Below are positions 8,488-18,220 of a DNA stretch of 39,586 nucleotides, in pieces. How positions within the stretch are numbered: position 1 is the first letter of the stretch; every line of letters starts with the position of its first letter. This DNA is from a virus. Its lineage: Duplodnaviria > Caudoviricetes. The position numbers were made by a program, and so were the translations under genes. The notes beneath the pieces were generated by a model. It saw nothing but the letters and a program-made list of their open reading frames with translations. It searched no databases and was not told where the DNA came from. Where the stretch lies: positions 1 through 39,586 of the IMG/VR virus record IMGVR_UViG_3300048599_000719; one strand, given 5' to 3'.

Positions 8488-9087
8488 AATTTTTTCCCAT
8501 CCCGATATGGCATAGTTGATACCATACATTTTAAATTTTCTCCGGTTTGTAACAGCAAAAGGATCCTTTATTAACCAGTTTTCTTTAGAGATTTTGAATG
8601 TTAAATATATATTTTCTGCAAATATTTTAGTTTCTTTTTCATAAATAAGAATATCGAAACACGTAAAAGAATTTGCCTTGAAAACACCATTATTTTTATC
8701 TGGTATTTCCTGATTAAATTCACCAAGATCGTTCTTAATCGACACTGAAATCATGGATAGCTGATAAGGAAAAGTTTTTTTTGTAATTATATAATGATTG
8801 ATATTTGTTTTAGGGTTGAATGCTCGTAAATCAAAAAATGCGATGTCTATAGGCGAAGGGTTTACGATTTCAATGTAGGCTTTAAATATTACAGGCACAT
8901 CTATGGCATCATTTACATTATTAAGATATACATTGCTTGTGGATAAAACTTCTAGGTTGGGTGCAAAGTGAACCGTGATGCTTTTTCTCTGTAACCATAG
9001 ACTATATACGGCAACTACTAAGGCAAAAATGGCTATCACATTTGCGCATACAACAGAAGAAACCCAATCAAACAAGAAAATCACCAA
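8458..9087 (-). CDS. AT-rich N-terminally membrane-anchored protein (moron)
   Basis: 209-aa ORF against the operon direction, N-terminal TM, low GC. Confidence 0.75.
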   Translation of the reverse strand: MVIFLFDWVSSVVCANVIAIFALVVAVYSLWLQRKSITVHFAPNLEVLSTSNVYLNNVNDAIDVPVIFKAYIEIVNPSPIDIAFFDLRAFNPKTNINHYIITKKTFPYQLSMISVSIKNDLGEFNQEIPDKNNGVFKANSFTCFDILIYEKETKIFAENIYLTFKISKENWLIKDPFAVTNRRKFKMYGINYAISGWEKILSNQQSDQV

Positions 9088-9126
9088 CCTTAATTTAATT
9101 ACATAATAAAAACTAAAACTTACCAG

Positions 9127-9160
9127 CCCGGCATCCGATTATAAGGTGCCGGGTCTTTTC
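9127..9160 (+). terminator. Intrinsic terminator-like hairpin
   Basis: CCCGGCATC...GGTGCCGGG followed by TCTTTTC. Confidence 0.6.
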
Positions 9161-9197
9161 ATATTGTAATGCTTATAAGCATAGGGAGGAATAAATC

Positions 9198-9359
9198 ATG
9201 TTTGATTGCCAACTGACAGAGGAAGAAGAGAAGCATCTTAAGGAAAACATGCTGAAGTTTGTCGAGCGGCATCTTGATCCAAGATGCGAAGCGGACAGGA
9301 CCCCTGAAGGAATGAAGATCGTACCGATCCTGATAGAGATACTTATTCGGCGTTTTTAG
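9198..9359 (+). CDS. Hypothetical 53-aa protein (below ORF-track cutoff)
   Basis: GGGAGG SD; MFDCQLTEEEEKHLKENMLKF...IRRF. Confidence 0.6.
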   Translation: MFDCQLTEEEEKHLKENMLKFVERHLDPRCEADRTPEGMKIVPILIEILIRRF

Positions 9360-9370
9360 TTAATCAATCC

Positions 9371-9387
9371 CTAGCGGAAGGAGGAAT
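9371..9387 (+). repeat. 17-bp direct repeat, copy 2
   Basis: Exact match to 7975-7991. Confidence 0.85.
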
Positions 9388-9391
9388 AAAG

Positions 9392-9700
9392 GTGGAATCA
9401 ATAACAGGGCAGTTTGTAATACTGCCCAAAGAAGATTATGTTGAAATTAAAAACATGATCAGGGAAATCAAGGAGCTTGTAAATATGGCGGAGGAGCCGC
9501 CGGTTGCTGCTGGAGGGTCGGATTTTCCTGCTGACGGCACTGTGACACTGCTTCAAATAATGAAGTTCCTTGGGATCCCCAAGAGCTCCTGGTGGATGGG
9601 TGTAAAGGATGGTCGATATCCAAAGCCTCTGCCTGAGTTTAAAAGGCCATGCCGATGGTCCGCGAAAGACATCCGCAAATTGGCAAGGAGCAGCATCTGA
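9392..9700 (+). CDS. AlpA-family regulator / recombination directionality factor
   Basis: LGIPKSSWWMGVKDGRYPKP...RWSAKDI is AlpA-like; AlpA proteins pair with P4-type integrases. Confidence 0.8.
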   Translation: MESITGQFVILPKEDYVEIKNMIREIKELVNMAEEPPVAAGGSDFPADGTVTLLQIMKFLGIPKSSWWMGVKDGRYPKPLPEFKRPCRWSAKDIRKLARSSI

Positions 9701-9816
9701 TGTGGCCGGCGTTTGTAATGGTCGTGACTTTGGTGATCATGTTAAGGCTGGCGTACTTGAAGACCAGGCGTAACAGACGCAGAGTGAGGGAGTTCAGGAA
9801 CGGGAGGATTGAGTGA
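9700..9816 (+). CDS. 38-aa TM peptide with Arg-rich tail
   Basis: TGATG coupling to alpA; MWPAFVMVVTLVIMLRLAYLKTRRNRRRVREFRNGRIE. Confidence 0.55.
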   Translation: MWPAFVMVVTLVIMLRLAYLKTRRNRRRVREFRNGRIE

Positions 9817-9926
9817 TGGATCAGTTATCCATTGACGTAGAAATGTTTTTCTCTCTTGCGGATATCCTGCTCACGGCATTGGGCATTTATACCGCCTGGT
9901 ATTTCATCTACAGGGTGCTGCCATGA
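9816..9926 (+). CDS. 36-aa TM peptide
   Basis: GGGAGG SD, TGATG coupling; MDQLSIDVEMFFSLADILLTALGIYTAWYFIYRVLP. Confidence 0.6.
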   Translation: MDQLSIDVEMFFSLADILLTALGIYTAWYFIYRVLP

Positions 9927-10009
9927 GTGAAACGGGATGCATTGCGTTTTTAATAGCGGCGGTATTCATCGGTGCCATTGCAATGGAGGTCAAGAATCAC
10001 GATGAATAA
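9923..10009 (+). CDS. 28-aa TM peptide
   Basis: ATGA coupling; MSETGCIAFLIAAVFIGAIAMEVKNHDE. Confidence 0.5.
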   Translation: MSETGCIAFLIAAVFIGAIAMEVKNHDE

Positions 10010-10035
10010 GAACAAGAGCAGGAGGTGAAGGTGTA

Positions 10036-10245
10036 ATGGCAAAGAAATATATCTATCGTGACAAGGAAATATATGTAAGCAGCCTCATGGGCGGTGACAC
10101 TTTCGGCACTGTCTGGCAGTCGGACAGCGGCGGAACTCATAGAATCAAGCTTACAGCATTGCCTGTGAGAAATACAAAGGCTGCCGCGCAGAAAGACCTT
10201 AACACATTTGCAAAGTCGAAGCAGCTGAAAGAAGTAATGGAATGA
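10036..10245 (+). CDS. Hypothetical early protein
   Basis: GGAGGTG SD; 69-aa ORF. Confidence 0.7.
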   Translation: MAKKYIYRDKEIYVSSLMGGDTFGTVWQSDSGGTHRIKLTALPVRNTKAAAQKDLNTFAKSKQLKEVME

Positions 10246-10262
10246 GGCAGCGGCATGAACAC

Positions 10263-10289
10263 AAAAAAAGCCTCTCACGAATGAGAGGC
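10263..10289 (-). terminator. Minus-strand intrinsic terminator
   Basis: A7 then GCCTCTCA-cgaa-TGAGAGGC. Confidence 0.65.
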
Positions 10290-10359
10290 AAGGCAAAAAG
10301 AGCATGCGGAAGTCTCATACACTTCCGCATTTATCTTATCACAAGGAGGGGTAATAACA

Positions 10360-10497
10360 ATGCCTGAACACAAGATAACTGATAAAGAGCTTGCAAGGCT
10401 TAAGAATATCTATGAACGGCTTGAAGAAGAGCCGATACTCAATAAAAAAATTCTGCGGGATCTCAAATACTGGATAGAGGATGCGGAGGGGTATTAA
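10360..10497 (+). CDS. Hypothetical 45-aa protein
   Basis: AAGGAGG SD; TAATG coupling to the next gene. Confidence 0.65.
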   Translation: MPEHKITDKELARLKNIYERLEEEPILNKKILRDLKYWIEDAEGY

Positions 10498-11597
10498 TGA
10501 CTGCTGAAGAATTTTACGTAAAACGCGAAGAATTGATACAGGAGCAGAAGGACAATCAGGGAAAACGCGGGTACGGACTTACAGCAGTCCAGACAAGGAT
10601 AGCTAACCTATTAGGATTTACTGACGATAACTGCAAGGGTTACTGGGGATTACCGGAACACATGCACGAATGCCCGATAGATAAACCCTATGTAAGACAG
10701 TCATTTGTGTACGCGGTTAAATGCCCCGCCGGGCTGTGGAGCCCTGCAATTGAGATTAAATACGGCAAAACATGGGATCAGAATAAAGCATTTGACTTCG
10801 CATTAGACTCCCGTTTTTCATGGCCCACGCAGCCGGCTAAAAACATTTTAAGCACAGTCTGGGATGTAGTTGTTTTTGACTCTGAAGAAGAGGCGTTCAG
10901 TGCAGCTATCAATAAGGCCGAAGCTTGGCTGCAAGAAGAAGATGCAAAAATGACCATGTTAATGAGACAGTTTGCATTCAATGAACTGCCCGAAAGATGT
11001 CCCCTTGATATCTACGCCATCACAGGAGCAATTGAGTCAATCGAAGAGATCATAGAATGGCTTGATGCCGTTGAGGTCGTGATATCAGGAAAACCACTGC
11101 CGCAGGATGAAGACGGACAGTTAAAACTTGCCGGAGAAGACCTCATGCCCACAGAAGACGGGATTCTTTCCAAGGATAAAAACCATGCAACTATTGCACA
11201 GCGTTACCAGGATTACATGTTCCGTCTAATGGATGAACAGCGGGAGCTAAAAGAAATCAAAGATGAAGCCCTTGCCCCTCACAAAGAAGAAATCGATGCG
11301 AAAAAGGCTTCTATTGAGCTTTGGACATTTATTACTAACTATTATCAGGTTGTGAAGGCAATGGAGGAAGCACGTGTGAAAAGCGAGAATGCTGACCTCA
11401 CGTTCTGCGCATACGCCTACACGATAGCAGGGATAAAAGGGGTATATGTCGAAGTCGGAACAAAACAGGACATGCGTAACAGAGAATGCGGAATAGCCTC
11501 AGATCACACACTGGAAGTCATAGCTGAATATCTGCACGGCGAGCTTGTCAGTAACGAAGAAAAGAAAGAGCCGGAGGAAACAAGGAATGACAACTGA
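10497..11597 (+). CDS. Hypothetical 366-aa early protein
   Basis: Long ORF with SD; no family recognised. Confidence 0.8.
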   Translation: MTAEEFYVKREELIQEQKDNQGKRGYGLTAVQTRIANLLGFTDDNCKGYWGLPEHMHECPIDKPYVRQSFVYAVKCPAGLWSPAIEIKYGKTWDQNKAFDFALDSRFSWPTQPAKNILSTVWDVVVFDSEEEAFSAAINKAEAWLQEEDAKMTMLMRQFAFNELPERCPLDIYAITGAIESIEEIIEWLDAVEVVISGKPLPQDEDGQLKLAGEDLMPTEDGILSKDKNHATIAQRYQDYMFRLMDEQRELKEIKDEALAPHKEEIDAKKASIELWTFITNYYQVVKAMEEARVKSENADLTFCAYAYTIAGIKGVYVEVGTKQDMRNRECGIASDHTLEVIAEYLHGELVSNEEKKEPEETRNDN

Positions 11598-11727
11598 GGA
11601 AGCCAGAGAAAAACATTGTCCTTTTTGGGGCTTCAGGTGCATAGCAAGAGATTGCATGATGTGGCGTTGGAATGACCAGGGAATAAAAAATGAAGGATAC
11701 TGCGGGCTTGCAGGAAAGGAGGAATAA
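11587..11727 (+). CDS. Small Cys-rich (putative Zn-binding) phage protein
   Basis: CPF..CIARDCMMWRW..GYCGLAG. Confidence 0.65.
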   Translation: MTTEEAREKHCPFWGFRCIARDCMMWRWNDQGIKNEGYCGLAGKEE

Positions 11728-11730
11728 AAG

Positions 11731-12429
11731 ATGGCAATTAACCTGAAAAATACAAACGATGTATCAGTCAATGGAGTAAAACTCCTGGTTTACGGGCAGG
11801 CAGGGGCAGGCAAGACTTGCCTTATTAAAACACTTCCGGATCCGATCATTTTGTCTGCGGAAGGAGGCCTTCTTTCGATCCAGGGAACTGGACTTCAATA
11901 CATTCCGATAGAAAATATGGCCACGCTTCAGGAAGCTTATATGTGGCTTCTCAGTTCGGAAGAAGGCAAACAGTATAAAAGCGTTGTCCTTGATTCTATA
12001 TCTGAAATTGCTGAAGTTGTCCTGAGCGCTGAGAAGAAAATAGTAAAAGACCCCCGGCAGGCCTACGGTTCAATGCAGGATCAGATGGCTGACCTTGTAA
12101 GAGCTTTCCGGGACCTGCCAAACAGGCATGTATATTTCAGCGCAAAATTAGAAAAATCACAGGATGAGATAGGGCGCATACTTTATTACCCTTCAATGCC
12201 CGGGAATAAATTTGGGCAGCAGCTTCCGTACTTTTTTGATGAAGTCCTGGCTCTGAGAGTGGAGCGTGATCAGGACGGTGAAATACAAAGGGCAATCATG
12301 GCTGAATCAGATGGCCTTTGGATAGCAAAAGATCGCTCCGGGAAACTTGATCCGTGGGAAGCAGCTGATCTTGGAGCGGTAATAAATAAAATAGGGGGCG
12401 CATGCAATGGAACTGGAGAATCTTTATAA
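11731..12429 (+). CDS. Sak4-like / AAA_24 ATPase (single-strand annealing recombinase)
   Basis: VYGQAGAGKT, VLDSISE, AKDRSG; neighbours DUF669 and an exonuclease. Confidence 0.85.
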   Translation: MAINLKNTNDVSVNGVKLLVYGQAGAGKTCLIKTLPDPIILSAEGGLLSIQGTGLQYIPIENMATLQEAYMWLLSSEEGKQYKSVVLDSISEIAEVVLSAEKKIVKDPRQAYGSMQDQMADLVRAFRDLPNRHVYFSAKLEKSQDEIGRILYYPSMPGNKFGQQLPYFFDEVLALRVERDQDGEIQRAIMAESDGLWIAKDRSGKLDPWEAADLGAVINKIGGACNGTGESL

Positions 12430-12790
12430 AACATGGATAGAGGCAAAAGAGGCAGAAGCGAAAGCAATCGAAGAAAGACGGACTATCGAGGAGGAAATGA
12501 CAAAAGCGCTTGATATCCCTGACACGTGGGAAGGCTCGTACACAATGCAGGGCGGACCGTTCAAGATCAATGTAAAGCGGGCTTTTACACGCAAAGTTGA
12601 CGGGGATAAGCTTCAGATAATAGCAGAAGCGAATGCCCTCTCAGATCAGCTTTCGGTCCTTTTCAGGTGGAAACCTGAAGTAGACATGAAGAACTGGAAG
12701 AAAGCCAACGATGCGGTTACAGCTCTTTTCAACGAGGCAATAACAATAATACCCGGAAGAATATCATTCAAAATAGAGGAGGTTGCGTAA
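12407..12790 (+). CDS. Conserved phage protein of the recombination module
   Basis: Coiled N-terminus, FRWKPEV motif; position. Confidence 0.7.
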   Translation: MELENLYKTWIEAKEAEAKAIEERRTIEEEMTKALDIPDTWEGSYTMQGGPFKINVKRAFTRKVDGDKLQIIAEANALSDQLSVLFRWKPEVDMKNWKKANDAVTALFNEAITIIPGRISFKIEEVA

Positions 12791-12791
12791 T

Positions 12792-13283
12792 ATGTTTTTG
12801 GGAAAAACCTATATTACAGAAGAAATAGCCGGAGCGGAGGCATTTGATCCGATTGAAGCAGGCTGGTATGATGCCAGGATTACAGATGCCAAAATAAAAG
12901 ATACAAAAGCCGGGAACGGCAAATACATAGCGTTACGTTTTGATATCACCGGGCCATCATATCAGGGAAGGGTCCTATGGGCTAACATCAACATAATGAA
13001 TCCGAATCCTCAGGCTGAACAGATCGGCATGCAGCAGCTGGGAGATATAGCGCGCGCAGCGGGCATAGAGGTAATTTCAGATACAGATCAGCTGCTCAAC
13101 TCCGAATTGCAGATCAAGGTCACCTTAAAGCATGACGAACAGTACGGGGACGGCAATGATATCAAGGGGTATAAAGTCCTGGATAGAATCCCTGCAGCCA
13201 TCTCAATACCAACCCAAACCAGAACATCATCCGCCCCATTGACAGGTAAAAATTCAACCCCTCCATGGGCTGCTAGAAAATGA
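12792..13283 (+). CDS. DUF669 SSB-like OB-fold protein
   Basis: PIEAGWY.ARITDA..TKAGNGKYI.L.F.I.GP...GR. Confidence 0.8.
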   Translation: MFLGKTYITEEIAGAEAFDPIEAGWYDARITDAKIKDTKAGNGKYIALRFDITGPSYQGRVLWANINIMNPNPQAEQIGMQQLGDIARAAGIEVISDTDQLLNSELQIKVTLKHDEQYGDGNDIKGYKVLDRIPAAISIPTQTRTSSAPLTGKNSTPPWAARK

Positions 13284-14275
13284 AATTGCCTGACCCAATA
13301 AATTCTGTTGCTGCTCTTATAGATGCAGAGACAGAGAAGCACAGAGAAGAGCCGCGCCCTCATTTGGGCGCGTCTCTTTTAGGCCATCCCTGTGACAGAT
13401 ATTTATGGCTGTCATTCAGATGGGCTGTAATTGAACCATTTCCCGGGCGCATATTACGCCTCTTTCGCCGGGGGCAGCTGGAAGAGGCTAACATTATCGC
13501 CTTGTTACGCTCCATAGGGGTAGATGTCCAGGAACGTGCTGAACAGGTGCGGGTTGATTTTGGCGGACATGTCTCAGGGTCACTTGATGGCATAATAGAG
13601 GGCGGAGTTCCGGAAGCGCCTAAAAAGCGCCATGTACTGGAATGCAAGACGCACTCACTTAAATCTTTCAATGATCTTCAAGAAAAGGGAGTCAAGGAAT
13701 CAAAGCCACAGCACTGGGGGCAGATGCAGGTATATATGTCCGGATCCAGAATAGACAGGGCGTTGTACTTTGCTATCTGCAAAGACGATGACCGCATCTA
13801 TACGGAGAGAGTCAGATATGACCAGGAAGCGGCAAATAAACTTATTGACCGCGGGCACAGGATAACAGCATCTGAAAGACTTCCTGAACCGCTGTCATGC
13901 AATTCTTCGTGGTACCAATGCAAATATTGTCCATGCCATGACTTCTGCTTCAACTCACACATGACAAAAGAACTTAACTGCCGGACATGCGCATTGTCAA
14001 CTCCGACAAAAAACAGCCAATGGCTGTGTGCAAGGTATGACAATGCCGAAATACCAATTGATGCTCAGCGTGAAGGATGTTCATGCCATGTATTGCATCC
14101 TGATCTTGTCCCGTGGAAACTGCTATGCTCGGAAGATGAATTCACTGCTGTTTATGAAATAGACGGACAGAAAGTACGCAACGGAGAAGCAACTGAATTT
14201 GTCATAGGCAGCCGTGAACTGATAGATGCAACATGGCGCACGGAAGATGTCAGTTTCCCTTTTGGTGGGAGGTGA
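13280..14275 (+). CDS. Cas4-like PD-(D/E)XK exonuclease with Cys cluster
   Basis: LGAS.LGHPC, GSLDG, LECKT, QMQVYM, CKYCPCHDFC. Confidence 0.85.
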   Translation: MKLPDPINSVAALIDAETEKHREEPRPHLGASLLGHPCDRYLWLSFRWAVIEPFPGRILRLFRRGQLEEANIIALLRSIGVDVQERAEQVRVDFGGHVSGSLDGIIEGGVPEAPKKRHVLECKTHSLKSFNDLQEKGVKESKPQHWGQMQVYMSGSRIDRALYFAICKDDDRIYTERVRYDQEAANKLIDRGHRITASERLPEPLSCNSSWYQCKYCPCHDFCFNSHMTKELNCRTCALSTPTKNSQWLCARYDNAEIPIDAQREGCSCHVLHPDLVPWKLLCSEDEFTAVYEIDGQKVRNGEATEFVIGSRELIDATWRTEDVSFPFGGR

Positions 14276-14279
14276 GCCC

Positions 14280-15872
14280 TTGCTCAGAGATTATCAGCAG
14301 CGGGCGATAGATCAGCTCTATGACTGGTTCAGACATAATGAAGGGAACCCTTGCCTGTGCCTCCCTACGGGAAGCGGTAAAAGCGTAATCGCAGCGGAGC
14401 TCTGCAAAGACGCTATACAGAGTTGGCCAGGGACAAAAATCTTGCTTCTGACGCATGTTAAAGAGCTGATTGAACAGGACGCGAATAAAATCCTTGAGGC
14501 GTGGCCGGATGCGCCTGTAGGTATTTATTCGGCAGGTATTGGAATAAAAGTACTTGGGCAGCCTGTTACAGTTGCAGGGATCCAATCCATACGCAAAAAA
14601 GCTATGCAGGTCGGACACATTGACCTTGTCATAGTCGATGAGGCGCATCTTATCAGCCACAACGACGAAGGCAGTTACAGAAAATTTCTTGATGAACTTA
14701 AGTCAATCAACCCGAATGTCAGGGTTATAGGGCTAACCGCTACTCCTTACCGCCTAGGACATGGGCTCATAACAGACAAGCCTGCAATCTTTGACGCCAT
14801 CCTTGAACCCACTTCCATTGAAGAATTGATTTCAAAAGGGTACCTTGTCCCGCTCAGATCAAAATTGACAAACCTAAGATTTTCTACAGAAGGCGTACAT
14901 AAAAGGGGCGGGGAATTTATTGAGGGAGAGCTCCAGAAGGCAGTCAACACTAAAGATCAGAATGAACGGGTAATCAATGAAATCATTGAGCTGGCTGGAG
15001 AAAGAAAGGCGTGGCTCATCTTCTGCACCGGAGTAAAACATGCCAATGCTATGTGCGATATCTTAAAAGAGCATGATGTTCCGTCTGCCTGTATTACAGG
15101 CGCAACGCCCAAAGCCGAGCGCGAAGCGATACTGAAAGCTTTTAAATCGGGCAGTATTAAAGCTGTTACAAACGCCAATGTCTTAACAACTGGATTTGAT
15201 TATCCCGATATTGACTTGATTGCAATGTGCCGGCCGACAATGTCGCCAGGGCTTTATATTCAGATTGCAGGGCGCGGAATGAGGCCGAAAAGCCACACTG
15301 ACCATTGCCTTGTCCTGGACTTTGCCGGGGTAGTATCGACACACGGGCCCATAACAGCCGTACAGCCTCCGAAGAAGGTTAACCACGGCAGCGGGGAATG
15401 TCCTGTTAAAGTCTGCGAATCATGCAACGAGCTTGTCCACTTGTCCGTTAGGGTCTGCCCTGCATGCGGGGCTGAATTCCCGCCGCCCAAACCTAAAAGC
15501 CTGAAACTCCACGATGATGACATCATGGGGATAGATAAACATATTTCAATAAGGGGCTGGATGTGGAGGAAGGAAACTTCTTGTTCCGGAAAGGAAATGC
15601 TGACGGTCACGTATTATTCAGATAACATTTTGACATCAATAACAGAATATTTCTGCCTTTTGCATGGAGGATATACTGCCCAAAGAGCATTGCAGATGCT
15701 TTTCGGCATTGCAAGAAAATGCGATGCGGCGCAGAAATTAAAAAATCCATATGATCTGGAGGAAACAGCAGCAATCATGAATCTGAGCGCGCCTCCTTTA
15801 TCTATCACAACGAAAAAAGACGGGAACTACAGGCGTGTTATAGGGAGGTCCTGGCATGAACCGGCCGCCTGA
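14280..15872 (+). CDS. RadD-like SF2 helicase with Zn finger
   Basis: LRDYQ, PTGSGKS, DEAH, TAT, QIAGRGMR, CESC...CPAC. TTG start after GGAGGTG. Confidence 0.9.
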   Translation: MLRDYQQRAIDQLYDWFRHNEGNPCLCLPTGSGKSVIAAELCKDAIQSWPGTKILLLTHVKELIEQDANKILEAWPDAPVGIYSAGIGIKVLGQPVTVAGIQSIRKKAMQVGHIDLVIVDEAHLISHNDEGSYRKFLDELKSINPNVRVIGLTATPYRLGHGLITDKPAIFDAILEPTSIEELISKGYLVPLRSKLTNLRFSTEGVHKRGGEFIEGELQKAVNTKDQNERVINEIIELAGERKAWLIFCTGVKHANAMCDILKEHDVPSACITGATPKAEREAILKAFKSGSIKAVTNANVLTTGFDYPDIDLIAMCRPTMSPGLYIQIAGRGMRPKSHTDHCLVLDFAGVVSTHGPITAVQPPKKVNHGSGECPVKVCESCNELVHLSVRVCPACGAEFPPPKPKSLKLHDDDIMGIDKHISIRGWMWRKETSCSGKEMLTVTYYSDNILTSITEYFCLLHGGYTAQRALQMLFGIARKCDAAQKLKNPYDLEETAAIMNLSAPPLSITTKKDGNYRRVIGRSWHEPAA

Positions 15873-16203
15873 GTATATCCCTACGGAACATGAGGAGCAG
15901 TGTTTGTTCGTTCAATGGTTCAGGCGGGCATTTCCCAGTGTCCGGATACTGGCAATCCCAAACGGAGGATGGCGGTCTGTTGTAACTGCTGCAAGGCTTA
16001 AGGCCGAGGGAGTATCGCGCGGAGTTCCCGACCTGTTTATTCCTGAATTAAAGCTATTTATTGAGATGAAGCGCATAAAAGGAGGTGTTATTTCTCAGGA
16101 CCAGAAAGACTGGAAAAATTACCTTGAAACCAACGGGTACAAAGTTTTGATCTGTAATGGATTTGAAAACGCCAAAAAGGAGGTGGAAGGGTGGCTGATC
16201 TGA
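15856..16203 (+). CDS. VRR-NUC domain nuclease
   Basis: TEHEEQ, AIPNGG, GVSRGVPDL, FIEMK. Confidence 0.9.
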   Translation: MNRPPEYIPTEHEEQCLFVQWFRRAFPSVRILAIPNGGWRSVVTAARLKAEGVSRGVPDLFIPELKLFIEMKRIKGGVISQDQKDWKNYLETNGYKVLICNGFENAKKEVEGWLI

Positions 16204-18191
16204 CAAACATTTTCAACGGTCCGTGGCATGCGCCGAGACCCGAAGCAGTACCGCCTGAACAGCAGCTGATGCGGGCAATAGATGATGCCGGACTTATGCC
16301 GCCTGACATCATCCACATTGACGGCGCGATCCATAGGTTCAATTCCGAAGATAATAAAAAGAATAAAAAAAACGGCTGGTACATAGTCTATTCAGACGGA
16401 ATATATGCCGGCGCTTTTGGTGACTGGAAAACAGGGATACGCCAGACATGGTGCGCCGATATTGGGCGTGAACTTACGTTCCAGGAACGCATGGCGCGCG
16501 ATAAGCGATATATGGAAGCCAAAAGCGCAGCTGAGGCGGAGCGTAAAAGGATGGCCGAGACAATAGCCGAAACAGCCGCTGTTATTTGGGATGGATGCGG
16601 GGCTGCGCTTCCTGATAATCCTTATCTGGCACGCAAAGGCGTACAGCCTCACGGAGCAAAAACTACAGGGGACGGGCGCTTGGTCCTTCCCCTGTATGAT
16701 AAGGGAAAACAGCTTGTCACTCTCCAATATATCAGTCCTGACGGCAAAAAACTATATCACTCTGGCGGGCCGACCGGCGGCATGTACTGGATGATAGGCA
16801 TGCCGGGCAGGACTATTTACCTGGTAGAAGGATTCGCAACAGCTGCAAGTGTTCATGAAGCCACAGGCGAAGCCGTGTATATGGCGTACTGCGCAGGCAA
16901 CCTTATCAACGTTGCAAGTTTTATCCGGGAAAAATACGGACAGACTCAGGACGTTGTTGTTGTGGGCGATAACGACGAATCAGGGACGGGGCAGCGGGAG
17001 GCATCCAGAGCTGCTGAAAGTATTGGAGCCAGGTGCATTATTCCTCCTGTTAGCGGAGATGCCAACGACTATGTTCAAGGCGGTCATGATCTGTTGGCGC
17101 TCCTTCAGCCTAAAACTGACGACTGGCTTGTTTCCGCTGACGAATTCTCGGTTCGCCCGGCTCCTATCCGCTGGCTTGTAAAAAAATGGATACAGTCAAA
17201 TGCCCTTCTTATGGTTCATGGCCCTTCAGGCGCTGGAAAATCTTTTGTCGTGCTTGACTGGTGTCTGCGGATCGCTTCAGGAATAGATAAGTGGGCTGGG
17301 CTGAACGTGCGGAACGGCACTGTCATATACCTGGCGGGCGAAGGTCATTACGGGATAAAGGCCAGGATCGCCGCATGGAAACATTTTCATAATATAGAGA
17401 AGACCAATATGTGGCTGTCCAGGGATGGATGCGAGCTGAATATGCCGCACGGGTACCAGATGGTTGTTGACCATATCAGAGCCATTCCTAATAAGCCTGA
17501 CCTTATCGTAGTTGATACGCTGCACCGCTTCCTTAACGGAGATGAAAATTCTTCCCAGGATGCCGGAACAATGCTTAATGCATGTAACGGCTTGATGAAA
17601 GAGTTTGATTGTTCCGTCTTGCTTGTACACCACACGGGCGTCTCAGAGGAGGCGCAGCACAGGGCCAGGGGCAGCTCTGCATGGCGCGGCGCGCTGGATG
17701 TAGAAATTTCCGTTGTACCTGGGGCTGAAAACGCTCCTATTCAGCTGATACAGCGAAAGCAGAAAGATGGGGAACTGGAAGAGCCTGTCTGGCTTGATCT
17801 GCAGAGCGTGAGCATTCCAGGCTGGTATGACGAAGACGGCGAACAGGTGACGAGTGCAGTAATAGTTGAATCAGCAGCTCCTCCTAAGGCGCAGAAAGAC
17901 AGCAAGCTGGCCGGATTCATGAAACTCTTTGAAAGAGCATGGTTTGCGAGCGGACAGGAAACAGTAGGCAACAGACCGTATGTCAGCCGCAAGGCCATGC
18001 TTGACTTCCTGACTAACAATGACGGCAATACTGAAGAGGCAGCTAAGAACATGATAAAGCCTAGTCACATGAACAGGTTTATAGGCTGCCTTATCAATTC
18101 ACAAATTATAGAAACAGCGGAAGAAGAAAACGGAGTAGGCTGGCGTGTCTGTGACAATACTTTTACAAGTGCATTATTGACTATGAGATAA
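16191..18191 (+). CDS. Primase-helicase (TOPRIM plus RepA/AAA_25 helicase)
   Basis: YL..KG, VEGFATA, GDND, DAND; GPSGAGKS, YLAGEG, VVDTL, VHH. Confidence 0.9.
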   Translation: MADLTNIFNGPWHAPRPEAVPPEQQLMRAIDDAGLMPPDIIHIDGAIHRFNSEDNKKNKKNGWYIVYSDGIYAGAFGDWKTGIRQTWCADIGRELTFQERMARDKRYMEAKSAAEAERKRMAETIAETAAVIWDGCGAALPDNPYLARKGVQPHGAKTTGDGRLVLPLYDKGKQLVTLQYISPDGKKLYHSGGPTGGMYWMIGMPGRTIYLVEGFATAASVHEATGEAVYMAYCAGNLINVASFIREKYGQTQDVVVVGDNDESGTGQREASRAAESIGARCIIPPVSGDANDYVQGGHDLLALLQPKTDDWLVSADEFSVRPAPIRWLVKKWIQSNALLMVHGPSGAGKSFVVLDWCLRIASGIDKWAGLNVRNGTVIYLAGEGHYGIKARIAAWKHFHNIEKTNMWLSRDGCELNMPHGYQMVVDHIRAIPNKPDLIVVDTLHRFLNGDENSSQDAGTMLNACNGLMKEFDCSVLLVHHTGVSEEAQHRARGSSAWRGALDVEISVVPGAENAPIQLIQRKQKDGELEEPVWLDLQSVSIPGWYDEDGEQVTSAVIVESAAPPKAQKDSKLAGFMKLFERAWFASGQETVGNRPYVSRKAMLDFLTNNDGNTEEAAKNMIKPSHMNRFIGCLINSQIIETAEEENGVGWRVCDNTFTSALLTMR

Positions 18192-18220
18192 CAATAAATT
18201 GTTAAAATTGTTGAACATAG

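Noticed and set aside
13280-14275. Cas4-like gene as part of a CRISPR-Cas system
   Set aside because: No array or other cas genes are present; it lies in a standard phage recombination module.
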